Shown in pieces: positions 33,743-43,094 of a DNA stretch of 61,893 bases. The notes below the pieces were generated by a model, which had not been told where the DNA came from, did not search any database, and worked only from the letters and a program-made list of their open reading frames with translations. The DNA is taken from positions 1 to 61,893 of the forward strand of contig JAHFDS010000006.1 in NCBI GenBank assembly GCA_023248855.1, read 5' to 3'. This DNA comes from Myxococcales bacterium. GTDB taxonomy: Bacteria; Myxococcota_A; Polyangia; JAHFDS01. A program made the translations under genes and the position numbers. The first letter of the stretch is position 1. Each line of letters begins with the position of its first letter.

Positions 33743-33774
33743 ATTCTAACGTTCGCGTCAGGGTTGGAACCCAA
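33743..33774 (-). promoter_or_regulatory. MerR-type long-spacer promoter containing operator copy 1
   Basis: Minus strand TTGGGT-N20-TAGAAT; imperfect dyad TTCCAAC-N12-GTTAGAA spans the spacer. Confidence 0.55.
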
Positions 33775-33806
33775 GGCCCGTCAGGATATCATACAAGTTA
33801 TTGTAA

Positions 33807-34805
33807 TTACTTCACTCCATGTATGGAAGGCCATCGGGAGCTCACGTCCAGGGAAAGGCCGGAAAGGATGACCACGAGAGCGAGGAAGCGCAGCAGGATG
33901 CCCGAGTCGCTGGAGCGTGGTGCTCCGCTGCCGAGCGAGCGAAGCAGGCCGCCCGCGGCAACCAGGAGCAGCATCCCCTCCGAAGTACCGAGCCAGAGCG
34001 CCCCGATGACCACAGTCGTCACCAGGCGATCCGCCTGCGAGAGGGCCCGAAAGCCTCGCCCACCGTCGAGCGACCCGAGGGGAATGAGGTTGAACAGGTT
34101 CAGGATCGCGCCCGCATGCGCGAGCGCCGCGAAGGCACCACCTCCCTGGAGATGGGCCAGCGCGTAACAGAGCAGCGCTGCACCGGTACCCCAGATCGGC
34201 CCTGCGAGCCCGACCCGGGCATCCTCGTAGGCACTGGTCGGGTACTGCTTGGCGCGGATGAAGGCGCCGAGCCCCGGCACGAACATGGGCGCCGTCGCGG
34301 CGATACCGTACCGGCGAAGGGCGGCGACGTGTCCCATCTCGTGCACGTAGATGGAAGCGACGAGCCCGAGGGCGAACTGCCAGCGCCAGGCGGCCCAGTA
34401 AAGGCCCATCGACGCGAGCATGGTCAGGAGCGTTCCCGTCTTGGTCAGGCCAAGGAGCAGGAACTTGCCCTTGGTCACGAGGAGCAGAGCGATTGGGCCA
34501 AGCCAACCCAACCAGCGCCACCGCCCCGTCGGAGTCGTGGCCGGCTTCTGCGGCTCGTCCACGGTGGCCGCGAGCTCAGCCACCCGCGCGACGAGGATTT
34601 CGTGCTGCCTGCTGCCCGGCGGCAAGAGCTCAAGGGCGCGGCGCCACTTCGTCAGGGCCTCCAGCTTGCCGTCTGCGGCGTGCGCTTGCTCCGCGGCAGT
34701 GTTCAGAGCCGCCAGCTCCTCGGCGTGAACGAGGCGCCGGCAACCCGGGCACGCGAGCAACCCCGGCGCAAGCTCGGATCCGCAACGTGTGCAGGCGCCG
34801 GTCAA
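33807..34805 (-). CDS. Site-2 (M50) intramembrane protease with N-terminal zinc ribbon
   Basis: HEMGH, GLAGP, NLIPLGSLDGG; CTRC...CPGC; TTG start overlaps the upstream stop. Confidence 0.88.
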   Translation of the reverse strand: MTGACTRCGSELAPGLLACPGCRRLVHAEELAALNTAAEQAHAADGKLEALTKWRRALELLPPGSRQHEILVARVAELAATVDEPQKPATTPTGRWRWLGWLGPIALLLVTKGKFLLLGLTKTGTLLTMLASMGLYWAAWRWQFALGLVASIYVHEMGHVAALRRYGIAATAPMFVPGLGAFIRAKQYPTSAYEDARVGLAGPIWGTGAALLCYALAHLQGGGAFAALAHAGAILNLFNLIPLGSLDGGRGFRALSQADRLVTTVVIGALWLGTSEGMLLLVAAGGLLRSLGSGAPRSSDSGILLRFLALVVILSGLSLDVSSRWPSIHGVK

Positions 34806-35632
34806 GGCTCGGCCGCCGCAACCGTGGGCTCGCACGCCCCGTCCGGCTCGGCATCCGTCCGCACGACCTGGAACGGCCCGCGCACCACGATGGGAACGCG
34901 ACGGTTCAGCTTCCACGCCTCCCAGAGTGAGAAGGCGATGATCGCCAGGCCCATCGGGTCAAAGGCGAGAAACGGCATCGCGCAGGCCAGGGCGAACGCG
35001 ACGGCGTAGAAGAGGAGCGTCGCCACCACCCTCAGCCAGACGGGGAGGTCGACCGGCCGCGCAACGTTGTTGGGGGGTGCGGTCTTCGGGACCATCGATG
35101 GCTCCGCGCCGCCCAAAGGGAGCGCGGCCGGCGGGGCGGGGGCGGGCACGGCGGCGGCGGTGCTCGCGTTCTCGCCGGCCTGCTTGAAGGCTCCGCGCAT
35201 GCCCTGCGTCACCATCGGAAGGTAGGTCGTGACGATGGCGCAGTAGGTGAGGACCATCGCCAGGGCCTGATAGCGTCCGCCCCCACGCCCGAAGCTCCCG
35301 CGTTTGACCCCGCCGCCGACCAGGAGCCCGACCACGACGCCGATCAGGCCGAGCTCGTAGCCCGTTGCGGCGCGGATGGCGTAGTAGAGCGCGGAGCCAA
35401 GGGCCGCGGCGACGAGGCCGAGGCCGACCGAGCGCCCGAACCTGAGCCCCGGCGTTCCCCGGTCGAGGCTGGCGAGGACGGCATCACGGCAGCTCGCGCA
35501 CACGACCTGACCGCCGACCTCGAAGTACTGCTGATCGAGGAGGCGCTTGCAGCCTGCACACGGCGCCGGGCCCGCCCCGGCCCCACTCTCTGCTTCCTCG
35601 AACTGCAGCGGCTCGGATTCCGCGTCGGCCAT
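34802..35632 (-). CDS. Hypothetical membrane protein with CxxC...CxxC
   Basis: CAGC...CASC followed by several TM helices; SD GGAG. Confidence 0.75.
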   Translation of the reverse strand: MADAESEPLQFEEAESGAGAGPAPCAGCKRLLDQQYFEVGGQVVCASCRDAVLASLDRGTPGLRFGRSVGLGLVAAALGSALYYAIRAATGYELGLIGVVVGLLVGGGVKRGSFGRGGGRYQALAMVLTYCAIVTTYLPMVTQGMRGAFKQAGENASTAAAVPAPAPPAALPLGGAEPSMVPKTAPPNNVARPVDLPVWLRVVATLLFYAVAFALACAMPFLAFDPMGLAIIAFSLWEAWKLNRRVPIVVRGPFQVVRTDAEPDGACEPTVAAAEP

Positions 35633-35689
35633 CGCACTCTCCGCGGCAAATCCTAGCCCACGCGCGGGGGCGACGCGATGGACGCCTCG

Positions 35690-35872
35690 TCAGAAACAGA
35701 TGAGGCCGCGCGAGGTCGCGATCAGGAAGGCGCCCGACAGGATGAAAGCGATGCCGGCGATGAGGTGGTGGCGCCGCTGCTTGTTGGTCGCACGCGTGGA
35801 CAGCCAGATGCGCAGGCCGCCAAACGGGATGAGCGCGATGCCGAGGACGAGCGTGACGGTCTGCCGGGTCAC
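35690..35872 (-). CDS. Small 2-TM hypothetical protein (60 aa)
   Basis: GTGA overlap with the rny-like stop; two hydrophobic segments. Confidence 0.5.
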   Translation of the reverse strand: MTRQTVTLVLGIALIPFGGLRIWLSTRATNKQRRHHLIAGIAFILSGAFLIATSRGLICF

Positions 35873-37437
35873 GACGCGACTTCGACGGCCCTGAACTCTC
35901 GGATCACGGTCACCTTGATCTGCCCCGGGAACACCATCTCGTCCGAGATGCGCTTGGCGAGCTCGCCGCACATCTCGACGCAGCGTTCGTCGGACACGCG
36001 GCCCTCCTGCACGTAGACGCGGACCTCGCGGCCGCCCTGGACCGGATGCACCGAATCGACCCCCCGCAGCGAGCCGGCGATGCGCTCGAGCTCCATCAGG
36101 CGCTTGCCGTAGGACTCGACCATCGCGCTCTCGCGGCGAGCCCCGGGCCGTGCGCCGGACAAGGCGTCGCACGCGGCCACGATCTCGGCGTAGGCGCTCT
36201 GGAACGGCTCGTCGAGGTGATGCGCTCCGATGGCGTTCGCGACCCGCTCGTCCTCACCGAGGCGACGCGCGATGTCGGCGCCGATGACCGCGTGCGAGCC
36301 GTCGATCGCGTGCGTGAGCGACTTGCCGATGTCGTGCATGAGCGCCGCGCGTTTGGCGAGGCTGGCGTCGAGGCCCATCTCCTCGGCGATGATGCCGCAC
36401 AGGATGGCCGCCTCGCAGGCGTGCTTCCACTGGTTCTGGGTGTAGCTCGTGCGCCAGTTGAGCTTGCCGACGAGCTCGACGATCTCGGGGTGGGGCTTGG
36501 GGATGCGCATCTCGGTGAACGCACGCCGGCCAAACTCGACGATCTCGCGGTCGAGCTTCTCTCGGGTCTGCTGCGCGAGGCTCGAGGTGTCCTTGTCGAG
36601 CAGCCGAGGCTCCTTCTCCCAGCGCCGGATCACGCGTCGCACGATCTCGCGGCCGATGCCATCCTGGCCATCGAGCCGGATGCTGTCGTGGTGCTCCGAG
36701 ATGAGCAGCTTGATGCCAGTCGCGGCCTCGAGCACGCCAAAGCGCTCGTTGTCGGTTCCCGCCATGCGCTCGAGGATCGGCACCGGCAGCGGCATGGTCG
36801 AGACCAGGCGCTCGGTCAGGAAGTGACCGTCGTAGCGCTGCATCGCGAGGTCCATCAAGCGCTTGGAGTCGCGCACCACCTCCGGCCCCTGGGCGTTGAC
36901 GTCGACGGCGCGGACGACCGAGGCGGCGTGTGCGCGTACCTCCTCGAGCAACTGCTCGACGAGGCGGCGCTTGACGTCGTCGGCACGCTCACCGGCCACA
37001 CGCTCGAGCACGCCGCGAGACTCGCCGCCCAGCCGGGCGGCCTCGCGCTCCTGTGCGCGCGCATCGCCGTCGCGGGACCGGACGTCGTTGTCGCGCTTGC
37101 TGACCGCCTCGGCGCGTTCGCCCACGACGCGCGCGAGCTCCTCGACGCGGCGCTCGGCCGTCCCGAGCTGGTCGCGCCGGCCATCGAGCTTGCGCAGCTC
37201 GCTCGCGAGGATCGCCTCCGCCTCGACGCGCGCGCGATGGACCTCCTCCTTGGCCGCCACTTCGGCATCCTTTCTGTGCAGCTCGGCGTCGCTGGCAGCG
37301 ATGCGGAGCAAATCCGCGGCGCGCCCGGAGGCGCTGACTCGGATGCGAGCGAGCCGCTGCCTGAGGGCGGAGCCGCCGACCGTCAGACCGACGAAGACGC
37401 CCACGGCCAGGCCGACGGCGGCAAAGAGGAGATACAT
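35869..37437 (-). CDS. rny: RNase Y-like protein (TM, coiled coil, degenerate KH, HD)
   Basis: WRTSYTQN, MHDIGKS, DALSGARPGARRE, QGGREVRV, FPGQIKVTVIRE. Confidence 0.85.
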   Translation of the reverse strand: MYLLFAAVGLAVGVFVGLTVGGSALRQRLARIRVSASGRAADLLRIAASDAELHRKDAEVAAKEEVHRARVEAEAILASELRKLDGRRDQLGTAERRVEELARVVGERAEAVSKRDNDVRSRDGDARAQEREAARLGGESRGVLERVAGERADDVKRRLVEQLLEEVRAHAASVVRAVDVNAQGPEVVRDSKRLMDLAMQRYDGHFLTERLVSTMPLPVPILERMAGTDNERFGVLEAATGIKLLISEHHDSIRLDGQDGIGREIVRRVIRRWEKEPRLLDKDTSSLAQQTREKLDREIVEFGRRAFTEMRIPKPHPEIVELVGKLNWRTSYTQNQWKHACEAAILCGIIAEEMGLDASLAKRAALMHDIGKSLTHAIDGSHAVIGADIARRLGEDERVANAIGAHHLDEPFQSAYAEIVAACDALSGARPGARRESAMVESYGKRLMELERIAGSLRGVDSVHPVQGGREVRVYVQEGRVSDERCVEMCGELAKRISDEMVFPGQIKVTVIREFRAVEVAS

Positions 37438-37555
37438 GAGACTCCATCTTGCAGGATCGGCGGCGAAAGGCCAAGGAACGTGGCGCTGAGGATCATCCCG
37501 TCGGAGGCTCGACCAGACCACGCAGGATGTCCGCTCGATCGACGACGCCAACCAG

Positions 37556-37963
37556 CTATCCGTTGAACAGCGTGCGGGCGCTCATCAGACCGAGGGCGCC
37601 AGCCAGCAAGCAGGTGGCGAACGTGGCGATGCTGCTCACGGTGGCGGTCAGGAGCTGGCCGGTGCGCAGCGCCTCGATGAGGTCATTGTTGAATGTGCTG
37701 TAGGTCGTCAGCCCTCCCATCACGCCGACCGTGAGGAACAGGCGCGTGTTGGCGCTGATGATCGTGGTCGAGAGCGCGAGGTGGCTGATGAAGGCGATGA
37801 GGTAGCTGCCCGCCACGTTGACGGTGAGCGTGGCCCACGGGAAACGCGAAAGCGGCATGTAGCGCGCAAACGCCGTGTTCACGAGGAAACGCAGGCCCCC
37901 TCCCAGGCCGCTTCCCACCACGACGAGCGCGGTCTTGCCGACAAGCGTCGAAGAATCGTCCAA
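37556..37963 (-). CDS. crcB: Fluoride channel Fluc/CrcB
   Basis: GGGLRF, FPWATLTVN, GVMGGLTTYSTF; start estimated at TTG 37963. Confidence 0.9.
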   Translation of the reverse strand: MDDSSTLVGKTALVVVGSGLGGGLRFLVNTAFARYMPLSRFPWATLTVNVAGSYLIAFISHLALSTTIISANTRLFLTVGVMGGLTTYSTFNNDLIEALRTGQLLTATVSSIATFATCLLAGALGLMSARTLFNG

Positions 37964-38135
37964 GGATGAGCCCCCTTGCCTTTCGGCGCCGCAGGAGGCT
38001 CTGAGGAAGCTCCTACGACGCGTCGAGTGCGCTCGGGTAGAATGCCACGCTACGGTCGTGGCCGCGTGTGGCGCGCACGTTGGGAGCGCCGATCCCGTGG
38101 CGCCGGAACGAGGATTGCTCGATACTGACCTCCGG

Positions 38136-40001
38136 ATGTCGGAACCAATCCAGAGCGAATCGGTTGCCGGGACCACCGGGCGCCCAGGCTGCAGCCCGGA
38201 CTGTTCGGCGCCCCAGGATCCCAACCCGGTGCTCCGCGTCGCGGCGGACGGCAGGCTGCTGTTCGCGAACCCAGGCGCGGCGCCGCTACTTTCAGCCTGT
38301 GGCTGCAAGGTGGGCGAGGCGATTCCAGAGCAATGGACACGCTTCGTGGCGGACGCCCTCGCGTCCGGCAAGACCGTGGCGGAGGAGGTGTGCTGCGAGA
38401 CGACTTGGTATTCGCTCGCGTTCGTGCCGATTCCGGACATGGGACAGGTCAGCATCTACGGACGTGACGTCACCGAGAGCAGGCGCGCAACGGCGGCGCT
38501 CGAGCGATCGCAGCGCGAGTTCCGTGCGGTCATCGACCTGGCTCCGGACGGCATCACCATCCGGAGCGGCGGTCGACTCGTCTACGTCAACCCCGTCTTC
38601 TCGTCGTACCTCGGGTGCACGCCGCAGGACCTGCTCGGCACCGATCTGTTGAGGCTCGTACGCCCCCGGGACCGCGAGCGCGTCACCCACCAGTGGCACG
38701 GCAACGACGCCGACAACACGTTCCAGATGGAGGTGATTGGCCGGGACGGCGAGCCGCGCACCCTGGAGTGCTCGCCGAGCCAGCGCCTCGAGTTCGAGGG
38801 TCAAGCAGCCTACTTGAACCTCTTTCGCGACGTGACGCAGCGAACCAAGCTGCAGGCGCACTTGCTCGTGTCCGAGCGCATGGCGTCGGTGGGCATGCTC
38901 GCGGCCGGCGTGGCCCACGAGATCAACAACCCACTGGCCGCCGCCATCCTCAACCTGGAGATGACGGCAACGCTCGTGGACACGCTCCGACAGAACCCCG
39001 CGGACGTCGAGCGCCAGCTGGCGGAGTGCGCGGACATGCTGGCGGACGCGCTGGAAGCGACTGCACGCGTGCGCCAGATCGTCCACGACCTCCGCCTGTT
39101 CTCGCGAGGCGACGAGGACCGCAGGACGTCCGTGGCGCTGCACCCCATGCTGGACTCGACGCTCCGGATGGCCTGGAACGAGATCCGTCACCGGGCTCGT
39201 CTGGTCAAGGACTACGGCATCGGCGTCGAGCGAGTCGCTGGCAGCGAGGCCCGCCTCGGCCAGGTCTTCCTCAACCTCGTCGTCAATGCTGCGCAGGCGA
39301 TCCCAGAAGGCCGGGCGGAGCGCAACGAGATCCGCGTCTCGACGCGCATCAGCGAGGATTCGATGATCGCGATCGAGGTCAGGGACAGCGGCAGCGGCAT
39401 CCCCACAGCCGTACGGGACAAGCTCTTCAGCCCGTTCTTCACGACCAAGCCGATCGGGGAAGGCACCGGTCTCGGGCTCTCGATCTGCCACCGCATCGTC
39501 AGCGGGCTCGGCGGCCGGATCGAGGTCGAGAGCGAGGTCGGCAGGGGCTCGGTGTTTCGCGTCAAGCTGCCGGTCGCTCAGTACGAGCGCGGCTCCTCCG
39601 CGCCGCCCGCTGGGTCCGTGCGTCGCCAGGCGGTTCGCGGCCGCGTCCTGGTCATCGACGACGAGGTCTCGATCGGCCGCAGCATCCAGCGCCTCCTGCG
39701 CGACCAGCACGACGTGGTGGCGGTCTCGAGCGCGCTCGAGGCGATCGCGCGCCTCCGCGCTGGCGAGCGCTACGACGTGATTCTGTGTGACCTGATGATG
39801 CCCGAGATGACCGGGATGCAGTTCCACGCCGAGCTGGCAACCGTCGCGCCCAACCTGGTCGACGGGATCGTGTTCATCACAGGCGGCGCCTTCACCTCCA
39901 GCGCGACGTCGTTCCTGGACGAGGTGCCGAACGCGTGCCTCGAGAAGCCGATCGATCAGCGTGCGCTACGCGCGCTCATCGACGCGCGGCTGCCCATCTG
40001 A
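38136..40001 (+). CDS. PAS-domain hybrid sensor histidine kinase/response regulator
   Basis: Two PAS-like segments; AHEINNPL, QVFLNLVVNA, PFFTTK, GTGLGL; receiver VIDDE...DLMMP...KP; start uncertain. Confidence 0.93.
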   Translation: MSEPIQSESVAGTTGRPGCSPDCSAPQDPNPVLRVAADGRLLFANPGAAPLLSACGCKVGEAIPEQWTRFVADALASGKTVAEEVCCETTWYSLAFVPIPDMGQVSIYGRDVTESRRATAALERSQREFRAVIDLAPDGITIRSGGRLVYVNPVFSSYLGCTPQDLLGTDLLRLVRPRDRERVTHQWHGNDADNTFQMEVIGRDGEPRTLECSPSQRLEFEGQAAYLNLFRDVTQRTKLQAHLLVSERMASVGMLAAGVAHEINNPLAAAILNLEMTATLVDTLRQNPADVERQLAECADMLADALEATARVRQIVHDLRLFSRGDEDRRTSVALHPMLDSTLRMAWNEIRHRARLVKDYGIGVERVAGSEARLGQVFLNLVVNAAQAIPEGRAERNEIRVSTRISEDSMIAIEVRDSGSGIPTAVRDKLFSPFFTTKPIGEGTGLGLSICHRIVSGLGGRIEVESEVGRGSVFRVKLPVAQYERGSSAPPAGSVRRQAVRGRVLVIDDEVSIGRSIQRLLRDQHDVVAVSSALEAIARLRAGERYDVILCDLMMPEMTGMQFHAELATVAPNLVDGIVFITGGAFTSSATSFLDEVPNACLEKPIDQRALRALIDARLPI

Positions 40002-40011
40002 CAGCGCACTC

Positions 40012-41490
40012 CTACTTGCCGAGGAGGCTCGCGCCCGCGAGCTGGAGCGCCGGCCCCGGCAGCAGACCGAGCGCGAGGACGCCCAGCGCCGACAGCGCAA
40101 GGGCCCACGTGAGGGTGCTGCTCTGGATGGGCTCGGCTGGGCGATGGGCGGGGCGGAAGTACATCGCCATCACCACGCGCAGATAGTAGTAGACCGACAC
40201 GAGGCTCGAGGCCACGCCGACGAAGACCAGCGGGTAGAGCTCCGAGCGCTGCATGGCTGCCTTGAACAGGTAGAACTTGCCGAAGAAGCCGGCGGTCGGC
40301 GGAAAACCGCCCAGGGACAGCAAGAATATGGTCATCGCGAGCGCCATGCCGGGGTGACGCGAGGCCAGCCCCGACCAGTCGTCGATGAGGAGACGCTCGT
40401 TGCCGCGAGAGCCAATCCAGGCGACCACGCCAAAGGCACCGACAGTCGTGAAGGTATACGCGAGCAGGTAGTAGAGGAGCGCCGTACGGGCCTCGGCGCC
40501 GACCACACCCACGGCGACCACCCCGAGGAGCAGGTAGCCGGCATGCGCCACGGAAGAATAGGCCAGCATCCGCTTGACGTTGTCCTGCCGCATCGCCACC
40601 AGGTTCGCGAAGATCATCGTGATGGCCGAGATCCCGGACAGCAGGTAGACCCAGCCGTTGCCGGTGGCTCGCAGCCCAGGCGCCGGAAACGAGGTCATGA
40701 GGATGCGGAGCGCGGCAGCAAAGGCCGCGGCCTTGACCGCGGCGGCCATGAACGCCGTGATGGGCGTCGGCGCGCCCTGGTACGCGTCAGGCGCCCACAT
40801 GTGGAAGGGCACCGCTCCCACCTTGAAGACGAACGCGACGACGATCATCACCATACCGATGACGAGGACGGCGTCGCCCTCCTTCATCGCGGCCGCGGCG
40901 CGATCGACCGCGGCGAGGCCCGTGGTGCCCGTGCTGCCGTACACGAGCGCCATCCCATAGAGCAGGATCGCGCTCGCGAAGGCGCCCATCAGGAAGTACT
41001 TCATGGCGCCCTCGGCACTGCGGGCGTTGGTGCGCCAGGATCCCGTGAGCACGTAGACCGAGAGGGACATCGTCTCGAGGCCGAGAAACAGCGTCACCAT
41101 GTCGCTCGCGGACACCATGAGCGAGACACCCGCCGTCGCGAACAGGACCAGGGGGTAGAGCTCGCCATAGTCGAACCGATGCTCGCGCAGAAAGCCAGGC
41201 GCCAGCATCATCGAGAGCGCCGCGCCGACCACCGCGGTGGCGGTGACGAACAGCGAGAAGCGGTCCACGAGGACCATGCCCGCGAAGATCGACTTGCCCT
41301 GCTCGCCGACCTCCGGCCAGAGGTGGGCGAGCGCGCCCAGCGTGAGCACGCATGACGCCACCGCCAGTGGGCACAGGAAGGCGCGCGACGCGGTCCGCGC
41401 GAAGGCATCGAGGAGCAACAGCGCGCAGGCGAGCCCCGACAGCAGCAGGAACGGGCTCGCGAAGACGAGGTCGTTCGGATCGAACCTCAT
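40012..41490 (-). CDS. nuoN: NADH-quinone oxidoreductase subunit N
   Basis: EGAMKYF, FKVGAVPFHMWAPD, KRMLAYSSVAH. Confidence 0.95.
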   Translation of the reverse strand: MRFDPNDLVFASPFLLLSGLACALLLLDAFARTASRAFLCPLAVASCVLTLGALAHLWPEVGEQGKSIFAGMVLVDRFSLFVTATAVVGAALSMMLAPGFLREHRFDYGELYPLVLFATAGVSLMVSASDMVTLFLGLETMSLSVYVLTGSWRTNARSAEGAMKYFLMGAFASAILLYGMALVYGSTGTTGLAAVDRAAAAMKEGDAVLVIGMVMIVVAFVFKVGAVPFHMWAPDAYQGAPTPITAFMAAAVKAAAFAAALRILMTSFPAPGLRATGNGWVYLLSGISAITMIFANLVAMRQDNVKRMLAYSSVAHAGYLLLGVVAVGVVGAEARTALLYYLLAYTFTTVGAFGVVAWIGSRGNERLLIDDWSGLASRHPGMALAMTIFLLSLGGFPPTAGFFGKFYLFKAAMQRSELYPLVFVGVASSLVSVYYYLRVVMAMYFRPAHRPAEPIQSSTLTWALALSALGVLALGLLPGPALQLAGASLLGK

Positions 41491-43094
41491 CGGATCGCCT
41501 CCACCTGGACCACGGCCTTGCCATCGAGCTCGGCCGCGGTGAGCATCCGTCCGGGCCCCTTGCCGAGCTGGTCGGTCTCGTGGGCCTTGTTCCTGACCTG
41601 GCCGAGCAGCCTGCCGATCGTGGGGTTCATCCGGGCAAGAAGCGGCTGCGGAAACACGCCGAGCAGGACGATCATGAGGATGACCGGAACGAACACGCCG
41701 AGCTCCCGCGGGGAAGCATCCGCGAGCGCGCGGTTCTCTGCCTTCGTCAACGGCCCGAAGATCACGCGCTGATACATCGTCAGCATGTAGACCGCGCCGA
41801 GGATGACCGCGGTCGTGGCGATGGCGACCATCCAGTGCGGGTGCCAGGCCGCCGCGTTCGGGACGCCCTGCTGGTAGGCGCCAAACGAGCCGACCAGCGT
41901 CAGGAACTCGCCCACGAAGCCGCAGAGCCCCGGCAACCCCACCGAGGCGAGCGTGAAGATCATGAAGATCGCGGAGAGGACGGGCACCTGCGCCCACAAG
42001 CCCCCGAGCTCGTCGATCCGCCGGGTGTGGCGCCGCTCGTAGATCGCGCCGATCCACAGGAACAGACCGCCCGTGGACAGGCCGTGGGCGATCATGGTGT
42101 AGAGGCCACCCGCCACGCTGGTCTGGGTCGCCGCGAAGGTGCCGAGCACCACCACGCCGAGGTGCGACACCGAGCTGTACGCCACCAGCTTCTTGACGTC
42201 ATTCTGGGCGTACGCCACCAGGGCGCCGTAGACGATGCCGATGATCGACAGGGCGATCATGAGGGGCGCAAGCTGGTAGGCGGCCGCCGGGAAGAGCGGC
42301 ATCGCGAAGCGCAGGAAACCATAGGTGCCGACCTTGAGAAGCACGCCGGCCAGGATGACCGACCCGGCCGTCGGAGCCTCGACGTGCGCGTCCGGCAGCC
42401 ACGTGTGCAGCGGGAACAGGGGCACCTTGATGGCGAAGGCCAGGCCAAATGCCAGGAAGCACCAGAGCTGGACGTTGCCGGGCAGGAGGACGCGCTGCAA
42501 ATCCGCCAGGTCGAACGACCACTTTCCCGCCATCTCGTGGTGACGAGAGGCCAGGTAGAAGATCGCGACCAGCATCGCCAGGGACCCGACCATCGTGTAG
42601 AGGACGAACTTGATCGAGGCGTAGATCCGGCGCTCGCCGCCCCAGATGCCGATGATGAGGTACATCGGCACGAGCATCACCTCGAACAGCACGTAGAACA
42701 GGAAGAGGTCGAGGGCGATGAAGGTGCCTATCACGCCGACCTCGAGGATCAGCATCGCGATCACGAACTCGCGGACCTTGTGCTCGATCGACTTGAACGC
42801 CGACAGCATCACGACGGGCGTCAGGAAGGTCGTCAGGAGCACGAGAAAGAGCGAGATCCCGTCGATGCCCACGTGATAGCTGGCGCCGATCGCCTCGATC
42901 CACGGGCGCGTCTCGACCATCTGGTAGGTCGCCACACCGGGCTCGAACTTCATGAGCAGGGTGAGCGAGACCAGGAACGTCGCGAGCGTCGTCAGAAAGC
43001 CGATCGCACGGGCAAGCCCGTGCTCACCCCGCGGCAGAGCCATGCAGGCGAACGCCCCGAGGAGCGGCAGGAGCAGGAGAAGCGAGAGCGTCAC
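41487..43094 (-). CDS. nuoM: NADH-quinone oxidoreductase subunit M
   Basis: IKVPLFPLHTWLPDAHVEAPT, VAYSSVSH. Confidence 0.96.
   Translation of the reverse strand: MTLSLLLLLPLLGAFACMALPRGEHGLARAIGFLTTLATFLVSLTLLMKFEPGVATYQMVETRPWIEAIGASYHVGIDGISLFLVLLTTFLTPVVMLSAFKSIEHKVREFVIAMLILEVGVIGTFIALDLFLFYVLFEVMLVPMYLIIGIWGGERRIYASIKFVLYTMVGSLAMLVAIFYLASRHHEMAGKWSFDLADLQRVLLPGNVQLWCFLAFGLAFAIKVPLFPLHTWLPDAHVEAPTAGSVILAGVLLKVGTYGFLRFAMPLFPAAAYQLAPLMIALSIIGIVYGALVAYAQNDVKKLVAYSSVSHLGVVVLGTFAATQTSVAGGLYTMIAHGLSTGGLFLWIGAIYERRHTRRIDELGGLWAQVPVLSAIFMIFTLASVGLPGLCGFVGEFLTLVGSFGAYQQGVPNAAAWHPHWMVAIATTAVILGAVYMLTMYQRVIFGPLTKAENRALADASPRELGVFVPVILMIVLLGVFPQPLLARMNPTIGRLLGQVRNKAHETDQLGKGPGRMLTAAELDGKAVVQVEAIR

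Noticed and set aside
37438-37555. 6S RNA upstream of rny
   Set aside because: Gap is only about 120 nt, with no long hairpin and no zapA context.
37964-38135. Possible fluoride riboswitch upstream of crcB
   Set aside because: Small hairpins present, but the GAUGG...CUGAUG-type consensus was not found; an Infernal search with the Rfam crcB model would settle it.
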